In this document: positions 1 through 11,949 of the stretch, piece by piece | How positions within the stretch are numbered: the first letter of the stretch is position 1 | How the letters are laid out: every line of letters starts with the position of its first letter | Source of the DNA: Girardia tigrina | Lineage: Eukaryota | Length of the DNA stretch: 64,000 nucleotides | Direction: 5' to 3' | NCBI GenBank assembly: GCA_001938485.1 | Contig: MQRK01234723.1 | Location: 1 to 64,000 of the forward strand | Program-made: the position numbers and the translations under genes | Notes under the pieces: generated by a model | What the model saw: the letters and a program-made list of their open reading frames with translations, nothing else | Database searches by the model: none | What the model was told of the DNA's origin: nothing

Positions 1-177
1 ATATATATATATATATATATATATAAAAGTATCATAATAATATTTCATTTTTATTTGAAAGATGAAATTAACCAAATAAACATTTTTAATACATTAAATA
101 ATATAATTATAACTTTTTTTTAAATTGTTTAAATATCAAAGAATTAATAAATATATCTTTTAAAACATTCTTTTAAT

Positions 178-621
178 ATGAATATTTCAAAAAGAATCCA
201 AAAAGAAGTTCAATTTCTGAAAAACGAGACGCAGTTTAGCGCAGTTCCTGATGAAACGAATATGATGTTGTGGAGGGCGACCATTAAAGGACCTCCAGAT
301 TCTCCGTATGAGGGAGGAATATTCAATTTGGACATGACATTACCAGAAAATTATCCGTTTAGTCCTCCAAACGTACAAATGAAAACTCAAATATTTCATC
401 CAAATATAAATGAAAGTAGAATCTGTGTGGATATTCTAGGTGGAGGATGGTCAGCTATATTGAATATTCAAAAGGTTCTTCTTTCAATAGTGTCCCTCCT
501 CAACGATCCTAACCCTAGGAGTCCATTAAACAGTAAAGCTGCTGATTTATATGTGAAAGATAGGAATAAATATAACGAGACTGTGAAGGAATGGGTGGAA
601 AAATATGCTCGTGAAGAATAG
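178..621 (+). CDS. Ubiquitin-conjugating enzyme E2 (UBC4/UBE2D-like), intronless, 147 aa
   Basis: UBC fold motifs WRATIKGPPDSPYEGG, YPFSPP, FHPNI..RICVDIL (HPN triad plus catalytic Cys), SLLNDPNPRSPLN; length typical of a class I E2. Confidence 0.95.
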   Translation: MNISKRIQKEVQFLKNETQFSAVPDETNMMLWRATIKGPPDSPYEGGIFNLDMTLPENYPFSPPNVQMKTQIFHPNINESRICVDILGGGWSAILNIQKVLLSIVSLLNDPNPRSPLNSKAADLYVKDRNKYNETVKEWVEKYAREE

Positions 622-2225
622 TCCGGCGAGATTCGCTACTTTGAGAAAGAAAGATTTTGTGAAATAAATTTATCGTTAAATATTTACTTTTAATATTTTA
701 TTAAAATGTTTTTATATTTAAAGAAGTAAAATAATTGTGACTATGAATTAATAAAGAGAAAAGAAATTATATTTATATTAATAGAAGTATAAGGCGTATG
801 TTAAAATGTTCAATTCACCGAATATAATAATAAAAGCAATTTATATTATAAAAGCCCAAGTCACTCACTGCCTGCTTCACTAACGCTCATATTATCTACT
901 TACAATTGTAAGTAGATATTTATATTAATAATAATTCATATGGAAAATTATTANNNNNNNNNNNNNNNNNNNNNNNNNNNNNNNNNNNNNNNNNNNNNNN
1001 NNNNNNNNNNNNNNNNNNNNNNNNNNNNNNNNNNNNNNNNNNNNNNNNNNNNNNNNNNNNNNNNNNNNNNNNNNNNNNNNNNNNNNNNNNNNNNNNNNNN
1101 NNNNNNNNNNNNNNNNNNNNNNNNNNNNNNNNNNNNNNNNNNNNNNNNNNNNNNNNNNNNNNNNNNNNNNNNNNNNNNNNNNNNNNNNNNNTTATTATTA
1201 ATATAATATAAATAAATATATACTGTCTCGACACTTGTGATATAAATATCTAGAACAATTATTTTAATTAATCTAATCTGTTCCACATCCAAAATTACTC
1301 AAATTAAAATCAAAAAATGAAATTTCTTTTCTCAATTTTACCCGTCATACATGACGGGTTATTTACTAGTAATATAATAATATAAAATAATATAATAAAA
1401 AATAAATATAAATACTGATAATAATATCGCATTCTCTAAAAATTAACTTTTATGATTGTATTTTATTAAAACTTTTAAAAATAATTTGATTAAATTTTTT
1501 GTCACAAATATTTTATTATGTCTCTTATTTTAACGTTTATTACTATTTGTAAAATTGCACTTCAGTTGTTCATTCTAATTTAAATATTAATTTATATTCG
1601 TATTTGTTATTCTATTTCAATTAAAGTTTTGTATTCAAATGAAATTACATTACAATTTTAGTTTGATTAATTCACACCTCATTTAATTTATTTATATTTA
1701 GATAAAATACAATTATTAATACAATGTTAATTTTTATGCTTATTAAGAACACCAACATTGGTTTTCGAACTTTTATTTTCATTACAATCAGAATTGTCTT
1801 TTGGACAACTCTCAGCAAAACTCTCGTCATTCGACATCGTTCTAAATTGATAATTTTTTGTTAATGTTTGTTAATAAACAATTATTCGAACAAATATTTC
1901 ATTATTTTCAGATTTTATTTTTAAAGTTCAAATTTTGTAATTTTAGTAATAATTTTATTTACATATTAATTTTATTAAAAAATTATTTCATGGAAAGAAA
2001 GAACATTTATTTAATTCAAAACTTAGTTATTGAATTATTTTTAGTCATGATTATTTTTCTCCCGAAATTTATTTCATGATAAAGGTAAAGAACTGGGCAC
2101 CAATGAAGTCCCAATACCACTCAAACATCTGTGAACTGGTAACACTGAAACAACTGAACCTGAATCAACGAGGAAATTGAAATGAAAATTAACTGGTTGC
2201 ACCGAGAATATGTTTTACACGTCAT

Positions 2226-3200
2226 CTAGTCTTGGTGCGCGACTAGTTGACTTTCTGTGTTTAAATTTTTCCGGAGAAATTGGCATGGTTGGTTGCATTT
2301 GTAAGCTGAGTTTCCGAATTTGTTGTGATAGTAACACCAATTGTTTTTGTACGTTTTGTGTTCCATTTCGGTTGGTGTTTTCCTGTTTGGTGCTTTCTCG
2401 TACTTGAAGTATCTTTTCGTTTCGTTCTCTCTTTTGAACTCCAGGTTAGAGCTGTTTGTTTTTTGAGTTAGTTTTAATTCGGCGATTTCTGTATTTAATT
2501 TTTCAATTTTGTTTAATAGTAGTTTAATCATGTCATTTTCTGTTTCTTGATCTCTTTTTTTGTTCTGAATGTTGTTTATATTTGGATTTTCGTTGAGATT
2601 TATTTGATCAGCAAGTTTTCTGAGCTCGTCGAAGTCTGTTTCTTTGCTTGCTAGGAGTATTTGTTTGGTATTGGTTGGCAGTAGTCTATAAAAGAAATAT
2701 TTGACCAGTTGTATGTTGACTGTGCCTTCTTCATCTTTTAAATTGTTTTTAAGGTCATTTACAATTTCTGGGGGTTTTCTGTCACCGAGTGTTGTGTTCA
2801 TGAAACATTCGTTTAATATTTGTTCTTGGTGTTTTAAGTAGAGTTGTTCTAACCATTTTTCTAAGTCTTTGAATGGTTCAGTTGATTTCTATATTTCATA
2901 TAGTTTTTCGTTTAGTTTCAGTAATATTTCATTTGGTAATTGGTTGATTATGTTATTATGCTATTGTTCTTTTATCTGTGATGTTGTTAAATTTTAGTAG
3001 GTTTTTGCATGTATTAAACCACTATGACGGTGATTTCCGGTTGTGAAGGGTGAAGTTTGGTAATTTTAGATTGGTTTTTTCTACTACTGCGTTTTTTGTT
3101 ATTTTATTGTTTGCTTTGTTTGACATTTGTGTTGTGTTTATGTTTTGTATGAATTGTTAATTGTTGCTTTGGGGCGAGACTTTGTTTTGTTCTGACACCA
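2226..3200 (-). mobile_element. Decayed Gypsy/Ty3 LTR retrotransposon: gag remnant with primer-binding site
   Basis: ORF 2226-2801 has LGDRKP and C-terminal WCYYHNKFGNSAYKCNQPC, typical of invertebrate Gypsy gag; minus-strand TGGTGTCAGAA at 3190-3200 resembles a tRNA primer-binding site. Confidence 0.75.
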
Positions 3201-3255
3201 AAGCATTACGGAAGCGAGCTAATGAGGTCGAAGAACTTTATGAACTCGTCTACAT

Positions 3256-3651
3256 CAGTGTTTCTCAACCGGTGTGTCGTGATTGGAACGGCAGTGTGTC
3301 GCGATGAATTGGTGTGTCGCAGGTGTGTCGCGATGATTTGCTTGATAATATGCAATACTCTTAAATTTTATATAATAATTTTCAAGATTCAACTTTGTAG
3401 TGTAGAGTCTACACTGTAGACTGTATACTGTTATCAAATAAAATCAATACGATTGCTGTTAACCATCCTCGATAAAACAGGTCAAAACATCAACATGGAC
3501 TCTAGTAACTAGAGTCACTTGACTAAAGTCTAGAATTAATACTTTGAAAACCTCATAGTTACATAATAACTTCGCTTGATAACAGATGTGTCACAAAATT
3601 TCATGTATTGTGTCGAGTATGTCATTCGGAAAAAAAGGTTGAGAACCTCTG
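3256..3651. mobile_element. hAT (Charlie-like) MITE
   Basis: TIRs CAGTGTTTCTCAACC / GGTTGAGAACCTCTG; perfect 8-bp TSD GTCTACAT (3248-3255, 3652-3659); subterminal GTGTGTCG repeats. Confidence 0.93.
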
Positions 3652-4544
3652 GTCTACATAACCTCGTTATTAATATAATAAATAAAAAGAAAATATAAAT
3701 GATTAAAAACTATAATTGTATATAACAATTAACGGAAGGAATATTAAATAAGAAACAAGAGAACAGTTGGATCACAGAAGAGGATAGAGTCACAAGAGTA
3801 AAAAAATATCACGAAATTTAATACGGGGAAATGGTAATTACTTTGGAGTTCAATGTTCAGTTAATTCGACGAACGTGTCGTGGAGTCGTTGTAAAGACCG
3901 TACAGTAGTACTACTTTGTTTCGGCCGGGAAACTGTGTTTGTCAAGTGGTTATCCTTGGTTGATTGAACGTTGTCTTGGACTGAGAAAACTTGCGGATTG
4001 ATATCGATTGTTTCCGTACTCGAAAAATAATCTGGTGAACTAATCAATTCAACAGACGACGGCTTCGGCAACTGATATTTGATTTAATTGGCAGCAATTG
4101 CCATTTTCTTGAAAAGGAATTATGACTATAAATTCGTTGTTAGTAAATTATTAATGATCGATATTATTGATCATTTTTGAATTTGTTTTTAACTTAATTA
4201 TTGCTAATAGCAATATTTTAATTAAGTTTACGTGAGCCAAATTATGACTTCTTGGATTTTCTTTTGATTTTTATTTTCACTGAGTTCGTTTCTTCCTTTT
4301 TTTAATTAAAAAAAACAATCGAATTTTCCGAGGAGATAAAAGAACGTAAACTAAAAAAGCAAAAAATATGGTTGAATTAATAAAAATACTGATAAATAAA
4401 ATTATTACAAATGAAATAAAAAAAATAATAAAATTCAACCACGAGATTATTTAAGACACGAGACAGATAAAAAAACTAAGTACAATGGGTTCCTTTAAAA
4501 AAAACAGAGTACATACTCTGCGTTCATGTTCGATATGCATGTCA

Positions 4545-5800
4545 GTCAAAAGTAAAGCGCACGAATACCTGTTATTAAAGTTCGAATTACGGGGCAGCTC
4601 GTGAAAGCGATGGTGGACACTGGATGCTCAATATCGATGGTGGATCGATATTTAGTGTGATCGAATGATGCGGAGCGAACACATGATAAACTACAGACAG
4701 TCATCATTCCAAATGTGGTAAAAAATGATGTATTGGTTGAACTCAAAGTCAGCGGTTGCAAAGTGAGAAGGTTGGTCTTGCTAGTTGAAAACCTGAGTGG
4801 GACAGAATTACAAGTGCTTTTCTGAATGGATATGATCGCTTTGCTGGGCGATGTTCATATCGGCGCAGACGGAGCGCAGAAAAAATTCGGACTCATGGAG
4901 TGGAAAAGGCCAGTTGAGGGAAAGAAATGTAACGGGAATTTTAACAGAAGTTAAGGTTAGCAGCACTAGCGACACAGGAGCAACCAGCGAAAAATACAGT
5001 GACGAGACTGGTAAGTCAGGCAAAGTACGAATCACGGATCAGGACTTCACAGTTGAGTTCGATTGGTCTTATTGGTCGATAAAAAGGCACTGGAGAGAAC
5101 GACAAGCGTCTTCGGTGCATATTAGTGTGGCAGAATATGCATCAGCCAAAATGCACAAGGCCAAAGGGGAGACGGAGTTGCTAGAGTGGAAGATAAGGTG
5201 GCGGTTGGTAGAGTGCGATAGCTCGCGCCTACCAAAGCTGCCGCTTATGACAGTTGTGTGAATATAGAAAGAGAAGGTCCGACCATTGCTCAACTATGGG
5301 GAACTCAATGATGCCATTTCCAGTCACAGCGCGGGGAGTCTGGTGTAGGCAGAAAAACTGAGGAGTTGGCGCAGGATTGGGCGCAAGTTAGTTATTGTGT
5401 ATTTGCGGTGCGCAAATCAAAGCGGATCACTATGGTCCTATCAGGTGGTGAATAATTACGAACGATCCTGACATTTAACATGGCTAGGATTCGAGTTGAA
5501 TGTCGCGTTAAAAGTCATGCAGAGAGTACTGCAGCATGTGTTGGCGTCGGATTCAGAATTTGATGCCAAGTCAGACACGTAATATTATGACATCGTGTAG
5601 GATAATGCAAGAGACCAGTAGAGTGACTGATGGAAGAGCTTGAGGGTTTTGAACTGGAAGCGAAACTACCTGTGGCACTCGACAGCTGCCGTGTATTGGG
5701 CCTGGCAGTTAAAGACGCAGTATATGGTACTTTATTATCACAGTGTGGCAGAAGTGTCCCAGAACTTCCGTACAGTCTAACCCGCCGCAGTCTATTTGAA
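4545..5800 (+). mobile_element. Decayed LTR retrotransposon pol (aspartic protease plus RT remnants)
   Basis: IPVIKVRITGQLVKAMVDTGCSISMV (DTG protease motif) at ~4565-4640; RT-like RLGFELNVALKVM at ~5483-5520; GC-richer than flanks; many stops. Confidence 0.8.
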
Positions 5801-6115
5801 ATTTACTTCATCGAATATTTAGCTTTATATTTAACAATTAATATAATACTTATATTTGTTATACTATCATAAGTTTTAAAGCAAGCAATTTGCAGATATT
5901 TTGATTGTAATTATCTTTTTCTTTTTTAATTTATTTTCTAGAATTTTTATTTCTTGAAATACAATTTACGATTTTAAAATACAATTGTTATTATTTGAAA
6001 TACAATTTTAAAATTTGAAATTCAATTGTTATTCTTTGAAATACAAGTTGAAATGGTGTATTCGAAAGCATTTTATATTTATAAACTAAAGTTTCTAAAT
6101 CTAAATATTTTAATA

Positions 6116-6246
6116 TAAAATCAAAAACGCCATTAAAATCAAATTTTATTGTCGCAATTGTTGTTAATTCAGCCTGAAGATGGTGGAAAATCCACCGAAA
6201 TATATTGCGACAATAAAATTTGATTTTAATGGCGTTTTTGATTTTA
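6116..6246 (+). ncRNA. Penelope-type minimal hammerhead ribozyme motif inside a 43-bp perfect inverted repeat
   Basis: CTGAAGA-T-GGTGG(AAAAT)CCACC-GAAA-TATA-TT at 6174-6206; arms 6116-6158 and 6204-6246 are reverse complements; degenerate copy at 41749-41781. Confidence 0.7.
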
Positions 6247-8438
6247 ATAAAAAATTGTCGTTATTTTTTAAATTTTAATATAAATTAGTTTATTTAATAA
6301 AAAAAGAAATATTTTGCATTGAAGTATGCTTAATAAAGTAAACTTGATATTCAAAATATTTTAATTTATTTACCATTCTGAAAATTGTTTTTTGTATGTC
6401 CTACGCAAATGCAATCAAAAGGCTCAAAGGATCAATTCGAATTATATTCATTAATCACAAATCAAGAATTTAAGTAAACACATTTTTATTGAGTTATTTA
6501 ATAAAATCATTTATTAATACTTGTAATTGTGTTTTAAATAATTAATTCTTCTCGCAAGATTTTTTTTCTTTTTCAAATACATCTGCCACTCGGAATTTAC
6601 AGATTCCTTACAAGTCATTTATTTGCAATATATAAAATTCAAGTTTGGTTTAATTTATACTTTAAAAGTGTCTCTTAAAAAATAAATCAAATATTTCTTT
6701 GAACTTTTGAAACATTTTTTTCTTTTTATCGTTCATTTTTGTTATTTATAAATTTCAAAGTAATCAAAATTAAATTATTAAATTAACGACAAATTCTTCA
6801 CGAAGAAAGTGTAATGAAATATTTGGAAAAGTTCCTAAAACTGAACTGGAGACCCTCTAATCATTCCGATGACTTAAAAATGGAAATAAAAGTTTTTCAT
6901 GAGATCAAGAAAGAATTATTTTATTTTTAAAAAAAAACTTTTAAATTAATTCTGAGTTCGAGATATATTTGAAAAATAAAATATAATATTATATAATTTC
7001 GAAGTACAAGAAATACAAATTTTGAGAACATTCAATAAATAAATAATAATATTTTGATTGCAAGCTTAGTGTAAAAAACTTTCGTTAATATTTATTAAAT
7101 GTATTTGTAGAAACACAAAGCGACCAAATCCAAATAAATATATTTCATCCCTCTCTTAATTCTTTCTTGTACAAATTCGTCCTCTCCTTCCAAGTCACAT
7201 CCACAGAACAAAGATTTATTTCCAGAATAAAATTATTTAAAAAACATTATTGTAATATTTGTAAAATTAAATTACCTAAAACCAAAAGACTTACTCGGTC
7301 AATAATATTTATATTTACAAAATACAAGTAAATACACTATAAATAAAATACAAAATTGTGTAATGCTGCGGTTTTATATACAATAAAAAATATTTAAATT
7401 AAAATAATATTCGATAATCAGATTTAACTATATAAATTAATTATAAATAATTTTAACATGATTGTAAATAGCGATTTTTGTTGGAAAAGTTTTCTTATAA
7501 CAAATAAAATATTTCTTTCTTTTTAAAATTTTTATAATTCTAATAATAATATTTTTTTCATATTTAAAAAATTTTTGTAATGTGATAATTTTCTATGTTT
7601 TGAAAAGATTTAAATTAAAAAAATACCGATAAATCGGATTTAATTTAAATAAAAAATAATTATTCAACAAAATTGAAAAATTATTAATAGTAAATTTAAA
7701 AATTTAACATTTAAGACACAAATGGCTTTTTCGACTATTTTTTGGTACCTGATGAATTACTAATTTATTAAAAAATCAAACATCATATAATTACAATTTA
7801 TAAATAATTAATAATATATTTATAAATCATATTTTAAATAAAATTATTATAATAAAATATTTGCATTACTTAACATGTTTATAAATAGCAAATTTTTAGG
7901 CAATTTTATTCTAAATAAATAATTATTTCTTATATTTGAAATATTTACTAATTATTATTATTGTACATGTTTTAAAAACTTTGTAAATTTTCTTTAATAA
8001 AATTATTTTTACTAAATAAACATTTTGTAAGTAATCGAAATATTTTTATATTATAGGATTGCATCCTCCACAACTACATGACAAATATTATTTGTTTGTA
8101 ATAAAATTGTTGTAAGTTTAAATATGTTAATTTTTAATTCAAATATTAAAATAAATTTTAAAATATTTTTAATACATTTAATAATGATTTTATTAATAGG
8201 AAATTGACTAAAATAATCTTTAAAATTCTTATCTTAAAAGACATTGTCAAACAATTAATAATTTAATATTTTATTTATTCGTATTATATTTTATTAAAAG
8301 TTATAAATAAAATTTATTACAATTAATAACAGAAAATTACACAATAAATAAATTAAATTAAAAATTTTAACCAATCTTCATAATTTAAAAAAACATTTGA
8401 AATATAAAATTATAATTTTTGTTTAAATAATAATTAAT

Positions 8439-9956
8439 ATGCAAATTATTTTAATGGAAGAAATTTCCCATCAAACAATGAATGATAAATATGAATGTCA
8501 AATTTGTCTTTCGCGTGTTTCCGACAAAGTGATGTTTGATACTTGTAACCATTCATTCTGTACGTACTGTGCCGGGTCTTGCATCCTCCATGATGATAGG
8601 TGTCCTTTCGACAGATTGAAAATTGCATCAATGACGTATTACAATAACTCGAATGGGGAAACAATTACCAAAAGTATTATTGATTGTGCAACAGAAAAGT
8701 TTATAGAAACAATTAACTTCATTCTTGATAAAATTTGTTGGAAATTGAAAGAAAGTTGTTTGTTTATGGAATCACAATCGGAACAATATGGAGAACAAAT
8801 AATTGAAAATCTGAACGAATTAACCTCTGTTTCCGACGAGAATATCTTTGAACAATCTCAAAAATGTATTCGAATGTGCGACGTTTTAAATGAAATGAAA
8901 ATTGATATAAAAAACGAAAGAGGAGTATTTAATAGAGAATGGAGAGACATTAGTATTCTTCGTAGAAAAAGTGACAAAAATATGTTTCACAATTACTTTG
9001 CCTCTGATGATTGTAAATTTACTATATGGCGTTGTTTTGAAATCATATATCAAATCGATACATACAAGAAAGAATCCCTTCATTTCATAGGAAACTATTT
9101 AAAATGTACCGGCAACAATCTCCATCAAAGGAGTTTTAGAACATATTTTGAATACGTTTTAAATAATTATAGATTGATAGAGAAAATAGTTCGTTCGAAT
9201 AGACCACTTATTAACGTATGCCTTCTGTGGATCCTTAAAAATCCGTGGTGCGATGTTCGGGAATACGTCAGATGTCCTGAGAACAGTTGCGTGATCTGTT
9301 GGGAATCTTCAGAGACATCGAAACTAGCTACATGTGAAGTTTGTGGTACCGGACTTTGTTGTAATTGCACGAAGAATTTCCTTATAATTGACGACAAATG
9401 TTTGCTAAAATGTGATGGTAGATTAATAAGGAAAGACGGAGGTCATCGTGATCCTAATGTAAAAGATATTGAAGAAATGATCAATTCATACAAGGATGAA
9501 TATTTGCAATTAATATTGGACATTTTAGGTCATGTTTATGAAATAATGAAGGGGTTATCGAAAGATGAACGTTCAACTGAGAACTTCTTTACTCAAGTGA
9601 GGGACATTGATGACGTATACAAGTCTCTGTCGTTCAGTGATCATCAAGATTGTCTGTCAATTAATATGATTTTGACGAATACGTTAATGACATCAAAACT
9701 TTTATTAGATTTGATCAGTTTGAAAATGCTCATCTCATTATCTTTTCAGCCATTATCTACGTCTGATCATATCCAGACAGTTAGGCAGCATATGGCACCA
9801 TTAACATTTAAAACGGAGATATTGATAAAAAAGACAAAGAATTTGAATTTCGAAGAATCTCTGAAAACGGAGTACTCGACTGTTATCGAAGAATTGCGAG
9901 ATATTTTAGAAAAGGTATTTCAATTGCTTAATATAAAAGGACATAATTTTCAATAA
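8439..9956 (+). CDS. Intronless protein with two RING-type zinc fingers, probable E3 ligase, 505 aa
   Basis: N-terminal CQIC-x12-CNH-x2-CTYC-x10-CPFD RING; second RING-like cluster CVIC..CEVC..CCNC..CLLKC mid-protein; long open frame in very AT-rich DNA. Confidence 0.85.
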   Translation: MQIILMEEISHQTMNDKYECQICLSRVSDKVMFDTCNHSFCTYCAGSCILHDDRCPFDRLKIASMTYYNNSNGETITKSIIDCATEKFIETINFILDKICWKLKESCLFMESQSEQYGEQIIENLNELTSVSDENIFEQSQKCIRMCDVLNEMKIDIKNERGVFNREWRDISILRRKSDKNMFHNYFASDDCKFTIWRCFEIIYQIDTYKKESLHFIGNYLKCTGNNLHQRSFRTYFEYVLNNYRLIEKIVRSNRPLINVCLLWILKNPWCDVREYVRCPENSCVICWESSETSKLATCEVCGTGLCCNCTKNFLIIDDKCLLKCDGRLIRKDGGHRDPNVKDIEEMINSYKDEYLQLILDILGHVYEIMKGLSKDERSTENFFTQVRDIDDVYKSLSFSDHQDCLSINMILTNTLMTSKLLLDLISLKMLISLSFQPLSTSDHIQTVRQHMAPLTFKTEILIKKTKNLNFEESLKTEYSTVIEELRDILEKVFQLLNIKGHNFQ

Positions 9957-10084
9957 ATCTTGCTTCATGATAAAATTTTTGTTCGTTTATTTTTTATTTT
10001 TGTGTAATAGTGATTTGACATTTTAGTGAAATGAGTCTGTTATTCGCGTCAATACTGTCAGTCATTTATTGCAAAATTAATTAC

Positions 10085-10330
10085 ATTTTATTACTCTGAC
10101 GTGGCAGTTAATTTTAGTTCGCTAATCAAATTTAAATGGTTTTATAAAAGAATATTTGAAATTTAAATCAAATTTAAAATTTTAAAAATTAACTTGAATG
10201 AATTGTATTTAAAGATATTCTTTATAAATTCATTTGATTTAAAATATTAATTTAGTAGAAAAATGAGTTGACCAAAACAGATTTAAGATAAAATAGATTT
10301 TAAAAAAATAATTTGAATTCTATTAACAAC
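10085..10330. repeat. Dispersed AT-rich repeat (second copy ~17815-18055)
   Basis: Shared blocks GTTAATTTT(C)AGTTCGCT(A/G)ATC and GTAGAAA(A/T)ATGAGTTGA(C/T)CAAAACAGAT. Confidence 0.6.
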
Positions 10331-11550
10331 TATAAAATATTTCAGTGTACAATTAACTTCAATAAAACATTATGATTTTTATTTTACAACTTGATTTTTT
10401 TAAAAACATTCATTACAATACTTTTTTAATAAAACTTTTCAGTTGACAGAAAAATAAGGTTAAGCTTATATTGTTAGATTATTATGACTTAAACTAAAAA
10501 CTGGGAAAAAGTAACCGAGGAAAGCCTTTTTTCAATGAATAAAATTGAAAGAAAAATACATTTACTTTTCAGAGTGATGTTGCATAGCAGAGGTTTCATT
10601 CCGTAGTAGAATGTCGAAGCGTGTCCCACTTGGTTAAAAATGGCGACGGTGAGATCACGGACGAAACTGATAATTGAGATGCGGATATCTGTAGTTATGT
10701 TCCCCTTAGTGGATATTGTGATGGTGTAGGGACGTTGAACCGATAACATCAGAGTAAATTCAGTGGCGGAAGTGCTTGTATCCTTGTGGACCAGAGTGCG
10801 TGTATGAGATTTATCGTATAGTGCTGTTTGAGGGTGTGCGCTGCGATTTTTGTGGCCAAAAACATGATTTGAGTCATGTGTGTAATGATTAATAGGTGTA
10901 TAAAGTATATAATAACTGAGTTTCAACAAACAATCATACCTGCTTACACCGGTTTGGTTGCTGGATCCAAATTCTTACACAAGTGAAGTGCTGGTCAAAG
11001 AATTGCAATTTTGCCTTACAGTTGCCATTTTCTATAACCGTAAATATTGCCCAGACGCAACTTAAAAGCCATCGAGGAAGCCTTCTGACCTATTTTATAG
11101 AACATTACTTTATCTTTTAATCTATTGTTCAGTTATATAAAATGTGTTGCGGTCGAGAGTTCACTTATACACTATACATGCAGTTATATAACATAATGCA
11201 CATAAAAAATTAGCTAATTCGATACATTTATTTAATCATCCCATCACAATCCATATATACGCAGATTGAGTTCCGAAATCCCGAGGTTATTCTTGATCTC
11301 CCCGCATTTCGATAGAATTTTGTAGAAGCTAAAGCGTGACATAAAGATAAACATACAAAATTGAATAAAAACTTACCCGATGAAGGAAAATGAATATCTA
11401 CCCCTCCTCAGATAGTACATCGTGAGAGACATCAGTGGCGATAATCCGTTAGCAAATCGCACTATCATGAAGAAAGTTATAAGGTATGAAGAATAAAAAT
11501 TAATTAAAAATGAATCCGAAAAACAATAAAGACTCTTACCATACTTCCCA

Positions 11551-11620
11551 GTAGGCATAGAAGGTCATCCGACCTTCTGCTGAGAGCTCTCCGTGGGCCG
11601 AGTCCCTGAGCGAAACCCAC
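11551..11620 (+). ncRNA. Candidate type III hammerhead ribozyme with variant core
   Basis: GTAGG-CA-[stem I TAGAAGGTC/ATCC/GACCTTCTG]-CTGAGA-[stem II GCTC..GAGC]-GAAA-CCCAC; two deviations from the canonical core. Confidence 0.5.
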
Positions 11621-11949
11621 AAAGCAGTGGCACATTTCAGAGAGAAGATATAACCCCTATAAAATTGAGAAATTAATTAAAAACATAAAGAAAATTGATT
11701 AAAGTTATCTTGAATCAGTCATTGTTCCGAGAATAACATCACGCGATGAATAATCATTAATCATCCGTGACAAAGCGGTCCTTGTTTGGAAACACACCGC
11801 ATGGAGACAGTTGTTTCAGCAAATCGAAATCGAAAATCACCGTCGTTGGCCAATCAGAAGAAGCCACGAGGAATTGCACATCGGCAGGTAAACTAATGGT
11901 ATTATACAGTGCGTTCCAAAAGTCTGTTCGCACCCATAATTTAATACTT

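Noticed and set aside
920-1292. ORFs spanning N runs (also 12953, 14173, 51520-52440, 59139, 59973, 61192)
   Set aside because: Artefacts of translating assembly gaps
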